Shown piece by piece: positions 36,570 through 45,279 of a stretch of 64,000 bases of DNA. The first letter of the stretch is position 1. Each line of letters starts with the position of its first letter. The notes below the pieces were generated by a model, which did not search any database, was not told where the DNA came from, and saw only the letters and a program-made list of their open reading frames with translations. Position numbers and translations under genes: made by a program. The DNA comes from an uncultured Desulfobacteraceae bacterium (GTDB lineage: Bacteria; Desulfobacterota; Desulfobacteria; Desulfobacterales; Desulfosalsimonadaceae): NCBI GenBank assembly GCA_964626455.1, contig CAZVFQ010000004.1, forward strand, positions 5,819 to 69,818. Direction: 5' to 3'.

Positions 36570-37340
36570 CTATCCTCTGATCAGGGAAAGCACGCTTGAG
36601 AGGAGCTGTGCATTTACAGACAAGGCCTCGTTTGCGTAAATAGTGGTATTTCCCGACCAGTCTCCGAAATAGCCGCCTGCCTCGCTCAAAATGGGGGGAA
36701 AAGGTCCGCAGTCCCAGACATTTACGACAGGATCAAGCATGATTTCCGCCCTGCCGGTAGCCACCAGGCAGTGCCCGTATGCATCCCCCCAACCGGCTCT
36801 TACCCAGACGGCCTTTTTGATCCTTTCCCATGCCTGCTGCCTTCCAAAAGCCTCAAAGCTTCCCGCATCCGTAAATGCCGCAACCGCGCTTTCAAGCCCG
36901 GATACCGAAGAAACCCTGACACGCCTTCCGTTTAACCAGCATCCCTGGCCCACCGCCGCTGTGACCATCTCGTTTAAAGCCGGAAAATAAACAACTCCAA
37001 CTTCGATTTTCCCGTCAATCTCAAGGCCCATAAGCACCGCGTAAAGCGGAACTCCCCTGATAAAAGCCTTTGTACCGTCTATCGGATCAATATACCAGCA
37101 ATGGCTTTTATCAGAATGATCAGAAGCACCGAATTCCTCTCCGATAACCGCATGATCAGGGTATTTTTTTTCAATGCACGAGCGGATCAATTCCTCTGCT
37201 TTTTTATCAGCAACCGTGACCGGGGTATCATCTTCCTTATACTCCGGCCGCACACCCGCCTGGAAATACCCGAGGGTAAGCCTGCCTGCGAGATAAGCGG
37301 TTTCTGCCGCAAAATCCATATAGGACTGATACATACTCAT
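36570..37340 (-). CDS. Inositol monophosphatase family protein (possibly histidinol-phosphatase)
   Basis: AVIGEE, WYIDPIDGTKAF and WDCGP motifs. Confidence 0.8.
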   Translation of the reverse strand: MSMYQSYMDFAAETAYLAGRLTLGYFQAGVRPEYKEDDTPVTVADKKAEELIRSCIEKKYPDHAVIGEEFGASDHSDKSHCWYIDPIDGTKAFIRGVPLYAVLMGLEIDGKIEVGVVYFPALNEMVTAAVGQGCWLNGRRVRVSSVSGLESAVAAFTDAGSFEAFGRQQAWERIKKAVWVRAGWGDAYGHCLVATGRAEIMLDPVVNVWDCGPFPPILSEAGGYFGDWSGNTTIYANEALSVNAQLLSSVLSLIRG

Positions 37341-37355
37341 TTGCCCGCCTTCTTA

Positions 37356-37499
37356 TTAACGCCCTGAAGCCAGCATTTTTACTGCTTCGGTTTCCTCGAC
37401 AAACAGCTGCATGTGCGGATAGGGAATTTCAATGCCCGCACTGTCAAAAGCAGTTTTAACCTTTTCAATGTATTCCCACATCATGGACTTGCTGATAAA
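37356..37499 (-). pseudogene. Remnant of a mechanosensitive-channel (MscS-family) C-terminus
   Basis: The last ~45 codons of track ORF 37356-37727 read ...MMWEYIEKVKTAFDSAGIEIPYPHMQLFV..., matching the MscS C-terminal I..AF...GI.IPFPQ pattern. The upstream part of that ORF overlaps the oxidoreductase gene out of frame. Confidence 0.4.
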
Positions 37500-37501
37500 A
37501 C

Positions 37502-38842
37502 TCAGGATAATTTCTTTATGAGCTGATTTGCCGCAGTCAGCATGGGGTCCCACACAGGGGAAAATGGTGGAGCGTATGCAAGATCGCACTGGGCAAAAGT
37601 TTTTACGCTCATCCCGGAATGAATCGCCACAGCAGGACCGTTGATACGGTGTGCCGCCCCTTCGACCGAGACAATCTGCATTCCTAATAGTCTGCCTGTA
37701 ATCGTATCGCCCACGGCATTGACCCATATGGGCGCGGCTCCGGGATGCGCATGCGCCCTTGTCCGGCCCTGAATCACCACTTCGGCAGGAGAAAACCCGG
37801 AATTTTTTGCCTGATCAAAATTCAGCCCCGTGCGCGCCACCTCCATGTCAAACACCTTGAAAACAGAGGTCCCTGCAACACCATCAAGCTCCGTTACATT
37901 TCCGTTTAAGTTATCGGCCACCGCCCAACCCCCGCGGTTGGCCCACAGTGCAAGTGGAATCCAGGTTTTTTCGCCCGTGATCACATGATACGCATCCGCG
38001 CAGTCGCCTGCGGAAAAAATATCAGGATCAGAAGTGCGCATATACCGGTCCACGGCAATGGAATCCTTAACCCCCAGCAACAGGCCTGCATCAGCGGCAA
38101 GAGAACTGTTGGGAACAACTCCGAGGCCCAGCAGCACCACATCGCCCTGGAGCCAGACATCACCGCAGTTTGCAATAAGCCGGCCATTATCCTGTTTAAT
38201 GCTTTTGATCACGCAGGATTCATTAAGCTCTATTCCGCGCTCTTCAAGATGATCTCTTACTTTTGCGGCTATTTCGCGGTTATAGCCGGAAAGAAAGCCC
38301 CGGCTTGCCATTTTCACATTTATTCCCAGTTCCGCAAAAGCCTCGCACATTTCCATGCCGATATAGCCCATGCCCATAATCACTGCATCCTTTACCCGGT
38401 TTTCTGCAAGATAATTCTTTAGCTTCCTGCCGTGTTCAAGGCGCTTAAGAGGCATGACTCCGGGAAGGTCAATTCCTGGAATATCGGGTATTACCGGAGA
38501 TGCGCCTGTTGCAATCAAGAGTTTGTCATAGGAAAATTTATGGATATCACCGTCAGGGCCGGTCGCCTTTACTATACGATTTTTCCTGTCTATGGATTCC
38601 GCTCTGTGGCCGGTAAGAAGATTGATTCCCTGTTTTTCCCTGAACACTTGCGCACTGCGGACCACCAGGTCATCAACGGATCTGTCGGGTTTTGCAATAT
38701 TATACGGCATTCCGCATGCGCTGTAAGACACATCGCGGGTCTGTTCAAGCACCGTGGTGCGAAGGCCTGGATAATTGCGCCCCGCCCGGCTTGCAGCGCT
38801 CATGCCCGCAGCGTCTCCGCCTATGACAAGAAAATTTTCCAT
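37502..38842 (-). CDS. FAD-dependent pyridine nucleotide-disulfide oxidoreductase (CoA-disulfide reductase / NADH oxidase family)
   Basis: VIGGDAAGMSAA (FAD GxGxxG), single redox Cys in YSACGMPY, second Rossmann motif VIMGMGYIGMEM. Confidence 0.8.
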   Translation of the reverse strand: MENFLVIGGDAAGMSAASRAGRNYPGLRTTVLEQTRDVSYSACGMPYNIAKPDRSVDDLVVRSAQVFREKQGINLLTGHRAESIDRKNRIVKATGPDGDIHKFSYDKLLIATGASPVIPDIPGIDLPGVMPLKRLEHGRKLKNYLAENRVKDAVIMGMGYIGMEMCEAFAELGINVKMASRGFLSGYNREIAAKVRDHLEERGIELNESCVIKSIKQDNGRLIANCGDVWLQGDVVLLGLGVVPNSSLAADAGLLLGVKDSIAVDRYMRTSDPDIFSAGDCADAYHVITGEKTWIPLALWANRGGWAVADNLNGNVTELDGVAGTSVFKVFDMEVARTGLNFDQAKNSGFSPAEVVIQGRTRAHAHPGAAPIWVNAVGDTITGRLLGMQIVSVEGAAHRINGPAVAIHSGMSVKTFAQCDLAYAPPFSPVWDPMLTAANQLIKKLS

Positions 38843-38954
38843 ATCCCCGCTTTCCTCTGAAATATTTCTGTTTGAACCGACTCAGGAAAATCTAATACAT
38901 TTTGTTTGTTTTTTCCATAATTTCATTTGGCAGCCGGCAGGAAAACCGTGTGGT

Positions 38955-41729
38955 TTACCCGCGCAGGATCAGCCCGGCAGGCAGGGACTCGCCGAACATG
39001 GCCGATTCCTCCTCTCTTTCCATTGGTACAACCTCTTTTAATATTCTGATTTCCTTTTCCATGCCGCAGGCCTCTAGCCATTTAATTATCCGGTTCAAAA
39101 CCTCTTCATCCAGGTCTCTGGATCTGTCACCTGTTTTTCTTGCTATCCTGGCAAGAGCTGTTGAGACGGCACCCGGATGTTTCCAGTCCTGCTCCATTAG
39201 AAAATCCGCCCATTTAGCGGCTTTTTCAGGTGGAACAACCCGGTCCACCGGACCGTAAAGCGGCTGCCTTGCCCCGATTCTAGACAAGGCCCAGAATTGC
39301 TGGGGGCTTGATTTTTTTGGATTGATTCCGGAAATAAGCGCATCTCCCCATACCGATTTTTCACCCGCAGCAAGACGCTCCATGTTTGCAACACTCATCC
39401 ACATTTCCAGTCTCTGCTGGGGCGGAATTTTTACCTTTGCGCTTTTCTTTGCAATAAGCAGCGGCCGTATGTCCTGGGCAAACTGTTTCTGCTGGCCGGC
39501 TGTCAGCCCGCCTGCCACACGTCGCCACATTATCCACCATTCGTTTTGAGCCTGTCTGTCCTTTTTAAAAATCACGCCGGATTTATATATTTTCCATAAG
39601 GCCTTCATGCGCCTGCTGTCAAGACCGTCGCCAAAGCCGGGGCGAAGGCAGAAACCGGTCATGTTAAGCCATCTGATTTCATGGCCGGCAGTGTGTCTGC
39701 GATTTTTACTTAGCTCAAGAAGAGTGTCTGCTATTTTCCTCAGCAGGGAAAGGGGCCAATCCTCCCGTGAGCGTCCAACAATATTTGAAATTAAACGCAC
39801 AAGGCCTGAAAGCTTATCATCTCCGGAATCACGGGCAAAGGCCAAATTCACGGCAGAAACGGCCTGATCAAGCAGTTCTGTATCAAAGACCTCTGTTTCA
39901 CTAATCCCGGCCTGGTGCTGCATCCGTCTTAACTGGAACCTGAGCTGCCATCTGTGTTGAGTGGAAAGAGATCTGCACCACAGCGCAAGCACACCGGTTT
40001 CCGTATATTCTGCCTCCAGATGAACTGGTATTTTAGCCTCAACCCCCTTGCGGCCGAACTGAATCACTGTCTGTATGGGTGGCAGCCATGTCATGGTTTC
40101 ATCCACTTCAACAACATCACCGATCCTGTCTCCCGACCTGTAGCTTGAGCTGTAGAGTTCAAAGCTTACAGGCCGGTTGGCAATAACCTCGAATTTCCGG
40201 TCAACCAGTTCAATGCGCCCCCCCTCGTCCATGCCCCTTTCCACAACGCAAAGCGCCTGTCTGCCTTGATTGCCGCATGCCACATTTTCAATGCCGAGAT
40301 AATAGGCGCGGGGACTGCCGCTTCCAACTCTGAGTCCTCTTCCTAGTTTTACCAGTCCGTAATAAGAAGCCCCCAGGGCCACGGCAAGGTCCGGGTCCCT
40401 GTTTTCAAGAACCAGGGGATGGCTTTCATCTGTTTGCCCGAACCACAGGCCGACAGCCTGTCTTATCCGCTCCTGTACGACACCGGACTTAAGACTTCCG
40501 CCGTTAAACAGGATCAGGTCTGGAAACGGGCTTCTGCTGCCGAGATAATTTTCAATATCTTTTCTGTGCCTCTCCAGAAACTGACAGATATGACGGGTGA
40601 TGGCAGTGTCGGATTCATAAGGAAGACCGAAGTCTGAAATCGTCTCTGTCCTTGTTTGACTGCCTGAGCTCTCCTGGCTTCTGACAAGCGGGAAAAATTC
40701 CTCAAGCACTATTTCTTCAAGGGCGGCTCGATCAATCCCGGCCGTTAGGGTTCCGCCTATAAGCCGGCTGCCCTCTCCGACCATTGTAATTATCTCGCTT
40801 TGTTTTCCGTAATTTAATATGTTTTCCTTGGCCTGGCGGCACAGATGGCAAAGGGTCTTCCATCTGTCCGGCGTAAGGTTTGCGCCGGATTTGAACTGTT
40901 TTTCAACATGGCGTGCAATAGCCTGATCAATGTTGTCTCCGCCCAGAATCATGTGATCTCCGACCGCGATCCTTTCAAACCTGGGAGTCCCATCGGTTTC
41001 ACGCAGCGTAATCAGCGTAAAATCGGTAGTGCCGCCTCCTACGTCGCATACCAGCACCAGTTCGCCGGGTGAGATATGATCCTTCCAGTCGTTTTCATGA
41101 CGGATCAGCCAGCTGTAAAATGCGGACAGAGGTTCTTCGAGCAATATTACATCGTGCAGCCCCGCCTTTTTTGCAGCTTCCAGGGTCAGGTCTCTGGCAA
41201 CCTCGTCAAAAGAGGCGGGAACAGTTATAATCAGGAACTGATTTTCCAGGTACAGGTCTTCATCCGACTGTGCGTAGTTCCAGGCACTGCGGATATGGGA
41301 AAGATATGCGGAAGTGGCTTCCACAGGGGAAATTTTGGACACCTTGTCATCCGACCCCCAGGGCAGGATACGCGCCCGCCTGTCAACCCTGCTGTGGCAA
41401 AGCCAGCTCTTTGCCGAGGAAACCAGCCTGGCAGGCACTTTTGACCCGTGGTCTCTGGCAAAGGTTCCAACAACAACAGACTGTGATTCTTCCTTATCCC
41501 ATGGCAGCCTTATTGATTGCCGGTCCACATCATATTTGCCCGGCAGATAACAAAATGAAGGCAGTACGGAAAGTTGTTCAACTTCGCCCGTCTCTGTAAG
41601 CTGCGGAACCCGGAAAACGTGTATTTCCCTGCTTTGTTGTGCCCGGGCTGAAAGATCCACAAAGGATACTGCGGAATTGGTGGTTCCCAGGTCGATACCG
41701 ATAATATAGGAATATTCACTCACTGGCAT
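38955..41729 (-). CDS. Atypical Hsp70-family ATPase (924 aa) with a long non-canonical C-terminal region
   Basis: IIGIDLGTTNSAV, VCDVGGGTTDFTLI and ILFNGGSLK are actin/Hsp70 NBD motifs. After about residue 470 comes a beta-rich segment, then about 300 aa of helical sequence unlike the DnaK lid. Confidence 0.8.
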   Translation of the reverse strand: MPVSEYSYIIGIDLGTTNSAVSFVDLSARAQQSREIHVFRVPQLTETGEVEQLSVLPSFCYLPGKYDVDRQSIRLPWDKEESQSVVVGTFARDHGSKVPARLVSSAKSWLCHSRVDRRARILPWGSDDKVSKISPVEATSAYLSHIRSAWNYAQSDEDLYLENQFLIITVPASFDEVARDLTLEAAKKAGLHDVILLEEPLSAFYSWLIRHENDWKDHISPGELVLVCDVGGGTTDFTLITLRETDGTPRFERIAVGDHMILGGDNIDQAIARHVEKQFKSGANLTPDRWKTLCHLCRQAKENILNYGKQSEIITMVGEGSRLIGGTLTAGIDRAALEEIVLEEFFPLVRSQESSGSQTRTETISDFGLPYESDTAITRHICQFLERHRKDIENYLGSRSPFPDLILFNGGSLKSGVVQERIRQAVGLWFGQTDESHPLVLENRDPDLAVALGASYYGLVKLGRGLRVGSGSPRAYYLGIENVACGNQGRQALCVVERGMDEGGRIELVDRKFEVIANRPVSFELYSSSYRSGDRIGDVVEVDETMTWLPPIQTVIQFGRKGVEAKIPVHLEAEYTETGVLALWCRSLSTQHRWQLRFQLRRMQHQAGISETEVFDTELLDQAVSAVNLAFARDSGDDKLSGLVRLISNIVGRSREDWPLSLLRKIADTLLELSKNRRHTAGHEIRWLNMTGFCLRPGFGDGLDSRRMKALWKIYKSGVIFKKDRQAQNEWWIMWRRVAGGLTAGQQKQFAQDIRPLLIAKKSAKVKIPPQQRLEMWMSVANMERLAAGEKSVWGDALISGINPKKSSPQQFWALSRIGARQPLYGPVDRVVPPEKAAKWADFLMEQDWKHPGAVSTALARIARKTGDRSRDLDEEVLNRIIKWLEACGMEKEIRILKEVVPMEREEESAMFGESLPAGLILRG

Positions 41730-41756
41730 AACCTTAAAAGTCGATTGCCGTTGATT

Positions 41757-42479
41757 TTATGAAACCTCGATCTCTGCAGGGAAAATAATATCCGGATCAC
41801 CGCTGTCTGCGAAAACCGGCAGATCAACTTTTCCGGCCCGCCAACCGGGGTGCCGCAGCACACCGGAAAACGGGGGTTCTCCGGTAACATTTCCGGTAAT
41901 TTTTATTGCCGAGGGATCAAAATCAGAATCTATGGTTACCTGTCCGCCCTCTGCCTTATCGATTATAACAGCTGGAGCCAGGTATTTTTCAATTACTTCA
42001 ATGCAATTTTCATGGACGCTCCGTACCGCTGCTCCAATTTGTTCATCACTGTAGGCGTTCAGGTCTTCTTTTAGAAAATCAAGCAGGCGCCCGCGCCGCT
42101 GGAGCACGGATAACAGGTGCAGGTAATAGCGTTTATTCTGCCTCTGAATCTGCCGGTCTGATAATGCCGGCTCACCGGTTTCCTTTTTTTTCTGAATCCC
42201 GGAAGCCCTTCTTTCTGCTCCTGATTCCGGAGTTTGCGATCTCCCGCTTGTCAATCGTTTAAAACTTGCCCGCAGAATTCCCCATTGAATAAGAGCCATT
42301 AAAAAAAACAATCCCCCTGCAGCAGAAAAAAACACGTTACTTGACCACAAAAATACGCTATCTTGCGCAGTGGCGTAAAAGGCAAAATAAACAGCAGCAC
42401 AAATAACTGCAAACAAAACAAGGTTTAGCCCAAGCAGCCATGCAAGGCAGCGGCGGGAAAATGATTTAATTGGGTCCAT
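41757..42479 (-). CDS. DUF2760-like membrane protein
   Basis: Two N-terminal TM helices, then LLSVLQRRGRLLDFLKEDLNAYSDEQIGAAVRSVHENC...ITGNVTGEPPFSGVLRHPGWR, the pattern I recall for DUF2760. The next gene starts 27 nt downstream. Confidence 0.65.
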   Translation of the reverse strand: MDPIKSFSRRCLAWLLGLNLVLFAVICAAVYFAFYATAQDSVFLWSSNVFFSAAGGLFFLMALIQWGILRASFKRLTSGRSQTPESGAERRASGIQKKKETGEPALSDRQIQRQNKRYYLHLLSVLQRRGRLLDFLKEDLNAYSDEQIGAAVRSVHENCIEVIEKYLAPAVIIDKAEGGQVTIDSDFDPSAIKITGNVTGEPPFSGVLRHPGWRAGKVDLPVFADSGDPDIIFPAEIEVS

Positions 42480-42963
42480 AATCTCTTGTCTCCCGGAAAA
42501 TATCCGTTTTTCTGATTCTTAAAACAACCGTCCCACAGGCACGGGGGTGAAAAATATAAACACATATGATGAATCCTTTTCATAAGTTGTGTCAAGCTTC
42601 TTTTGGTTCTAACTTTTTGTTACAAATACGGGTGGTCGGAACAGGCCGGGTATCAACAGGAGTTTTTCTCTTGATGGGCCGGCCGGGCAGTGATAAGGTA
42701 ACACTTTAATGAAAAAGCAAGACCTGCGAATATTAACAGAAAACCTCTGCCATGTATATTATAAGAGATATCTTTGATTTTGAAATCGGCCATCTTAAAA
42801 AAAGCCCCTGCCGGGACTGCATCCGCCGCAAGGAGCTTCCGGAATGTGCCGGTCAGTGCCCGCTGCTCGATCGCATCCAAACCGTACTTGCAAAAGGAGT
42901 GTCATGCACCGGCAGACACTATCTTACAGAGCCTTAATAAACGGGATAAAAAGGAGTCATGAC

Positions 42964-43569
42964 ATGAAAAGGATTTTTTGCAGAATTGCCCCGGTTTTGA
43001 TCCTGATACTTATACTGCCGGCATCCGCTTTTGCCCAGAACCGTTCGGATATCGGACTTCAGGTCAACGGCTCGGCTCTTGAAGTTCTTGCCGGCACTGA
43101 ATTTTCAGTCACTCCCGGACAAATGAGGCTTGATGGCAATGTTGTCTACGAAGACGATGATTACAAAATGCTCGGGATAGCCGTGACCATCGGCGACACA
43201 GCAATTACCCCCGGTCTTACAGGCAGACTTGGCTTCAGAGGGGTATACGGAGAATTTGAGCGTCCGGGAAAAGACAGCCACCTGTTAAGCACTGCATTTG
43301 TAATGAAACTTGAATACGACCTGTCGTCAGCATTCATTACACACTACATCCCTGTGACCCTTAATGCAGGGCTTAATTTCGCTCCCTCGCCTCTTTGCTA
43401 TGACGATACTGATAGATATCTCGAATTCACAGGAGGCGCGGAATGGTGGGTTATTGAAAATGCCGCCCTGATGTTGAATTTCAGATACATTGATGTGGAA
43501 TTTGATGACCCTGTTCAATGGGATGAGAGCTACAGTTCTGCTTACGGGGGAATAAAATTCCGTTTTTAA
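42964..43569 (+). CDS. Outer-membrane beta-barrel protein (unknown family)
   Basis: Signal peptide MKRIFCRIAPVLILILILPASAFAQ, alternating beta-strand pattern, C-terminal ...GGIKFRF. Confidence 0.55.
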   Translation: MKRIFCRIAPVLILILILPASAFAQNRSDIGLQVNGSALEVLAGTEFSVTPGQMRLDGNVVYEDDDYKMLGIAVTIGDTAITPGLTGRLGFRGVYGEFERPGKDSHLLSTAFVMKLEYDLSSAFITHYIPVTLNAGLNFAPSPLCYDDTDRYLEFTGGAEWWVIENAALMLNFRYIDVEFDDPVQWDESYSSAYGGIKFRF

Positions 43570-43575
43570 AAATTT

Positions 43576-43700
43576 GATGGCTTCGTAAAAAGTCCAATAT
43601 CTGCGTTGCGCTGCATCCCTGCGGAATTTCACGTACGATTAACTACGCTGCATTCCTCGGGATTTGCGCGCCTTGATCTTGAACTTTTTACGAAGCCATC
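43576..43700. repeat. MITE-like repeat, copy B (125 bp)
   Basis: Terminal inverted repeats GATGGCTTCGTAAAAAGT / ACTTTTTACGAAGCCATC. Internal direct repeat CGCTGCATCCCTGCGGAATTT / CGCTGCATTCCTCGGGATTT. Confidence 0.75.
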
Positions 43701-43905
43701 TCAAAATCGACTTCCAAGGAAACGTCAGTTTACTTCCTGCAAAAATACCGCAAAGCGGGATCAATTGCTTTTTACGAAACCGTCAAGATTTCGCTGCCGG
43801 AAAAATCCCGGCAATTTTCAAACCCTGTAGGGCAATGTTTTTTATTTTGGGGGCGGCGGCATCTGTCTGTTACATTCCCGGCCGATCCTGACCGAAAAGC
43901 TCAGG

Positions 43906-44211
43906 CTAGTCCGAGGCAGGACCAAACACTATCTGACTTTTAATCTCAGATATTGTTTTCGGTCCGAGTCCTTTTACATTCCCGAGATCCTCGGGTGCTG
44001 AAAACGCCCCGTTATTCTCCCGGTAATCCACTATACGTTCAGCAATAACCGGCCCAACACCCTTTATTTCCGTGAGTTCCTCAACTGATGCAGTGTTGAC
44101 ATCTATCTTTTCATTACTGGTGGCCGCACCTGCCTGAAAAAAAACACCAAAAATACCAATGAACATAATTACAATAAGAAAAACGTAACTCATTTTTTTG
44201 ATTTTTAACAT
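43906..44211 (-). CDS. comEA: ComEA-family helix-hairpin-helix DNA-binding protein
   Basis: N-terminal TM segment, then VNTASVEELTEIKGVGPVIAERIVDYR...LGNVKGLGPKT. Confidence 0.8.
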   Translation of the reverse strand: MLKIKKMSYVFLIVIMFIGIFGVFFQAGAATSNEKIDVNTASVEELTEIKGVGPVIAERIVDYRENNGAFSAPEDLGNVKGLGPKTISEIKSQIVFGPASD

Positions 44212-44389
44212 AAATCACCTCTTGTAATTTGCTGTTAATATTTGTTCTCCGCCGCCCGCAAAATATAAAAATATAAATATTTACTAAACAAATAAGGCAA
44301 CCTTATTCTATAAAAACTTCCTTTTGTCAAGAATAAAGTATTACTTTATGCAAAAGGGAATCACCAACGCAATCAAACCCTTAATCTCT

Positions 44390-44417
44390 CGTAAAAAGTC
44401 TGATTTCAGATGGCGCC
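44390..44417. repeat. Solo fragment of the repeat family (terminal-repeat module)
   Basis: CGTAAAAAGTCTGATTTCAGATGGCGCC matches 30145-30172 (CGTAAAAAGTCTGATTTTAGATGGCGCC) with a single mismatch. Confidence 0.6.
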
Positions 44418-44543
44418 ATTAACCCCTGAATACAAAAACAGATTCCGGTTTGCAGAAACTGCCAGATTATCGTTTACAGGCGGCAATTAGATTGATAATG
44501 ATATTTAATTATAGTACAGACAGCCGGGCAGGAATCTTGAAAA

Positions 44544-45269
44544 ATGAAAATTGCGATTATCTCGGATATACACGGAAACGCTGAAGCTTTTCGGGAAGTG
44601 CTCAAAAATATAGAACACGCCGGGATTTCCGACATATTTTGTCTGGGCGACAATATAGGCTACGGACCCGAACCCGAAGAAGTTATAGAATTGTTGCGGA
44701 AATACGATATTCCTTCCGTAATAGGCAACCACGAACTGGCTGTAATCAACCCCGGATTTTTGGAATGGTTCAATCCGATTGCCAGAATCTCACTTGAAAA
44801 AACCATGAGGCTTTTATCCAGCAAAGCTCTTGACTATATTTCAGAACTTCCTTTCTCTCTCACGGAACATAACTGCAGATTTGTGCATGGTTTTCCGCCG
44901 GATTCAGCCACTGAGTACCTGTTCGAGGTGCCCCGGGGGAAACTTCTGAGCACCCTGGATCACTTGGAAGAACGCCTATGTTTTATAGGCCACACCCATG
45001 AGCTTGTCCTGGTTGGCAGAAACGGGGAAAATATCTCTAAGCGCCCTCTTAAACAGGAAACCGTACTTCTCGAAACAGGCTGCAGATATATTATAAATGT
45101 GGGCAGTGTGGGCCAGCCCAGGGACGGAAACAACTATGCAAAATACGTTATTTTCGACGATCAGGCATTTGAACTGGAAGTCAGGTTCGTGGCCTACAAT
45201 GTTTCCGAGACCATAGACAAAATTTTTCAGGCAGGCCTTCCTGAACAGCATGCCTGGCGTCTGATGTGA
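44544..45269 (+). CDS. Metallophosphoesterase (calcineurin-like)
   Basis: IAIISDIHGN, CLGDNIGYG, GNHE, GHTH motifs. Confidence 0.8.
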   Translation: MKIAIISDIHGNAEAFREVLKNIEHAGISDIFCLGDNIGYGPEPEEVIELLRKYDIPSVIGNHELAVINPGFLEWFNPIARISLEKTMRLLSSKALDYISELPFSLTEHNCRFVHGFPPDSATEYLFEVPRGKLLSTLDHLEERLCFIGHTHELVLVGRNGENISKRPLKQETVLLETGCRYIINVGSVGQPRDGNNYAKYVIFDDQAFELEVRFVAYNVSETIDKIFQAGLPEQHAWRLM

Positions 45270-45279
45270 AAAAAGGCAA

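Noticed and set aside
37356-37727. The full 123-aa track ORF as a gene.
   Set aside because: Its first ~75 codons overlap the 3' end of the FAD oxidoreductase gene out of frame and are Cys/Arg-rich nonsense. Only the last ~45 codons, in the intergenic gap, look protein-like; they are reported as an MscS remnant.
43606-43891. ORFs 43606-43830 and 43664-43891 as candidate small proteins.
   Set aside because: They run through the MITE-like repeat and its degenerate fragments. The same sequence occurs in inverted orientation at 30.2 kb, where it is non-coding.
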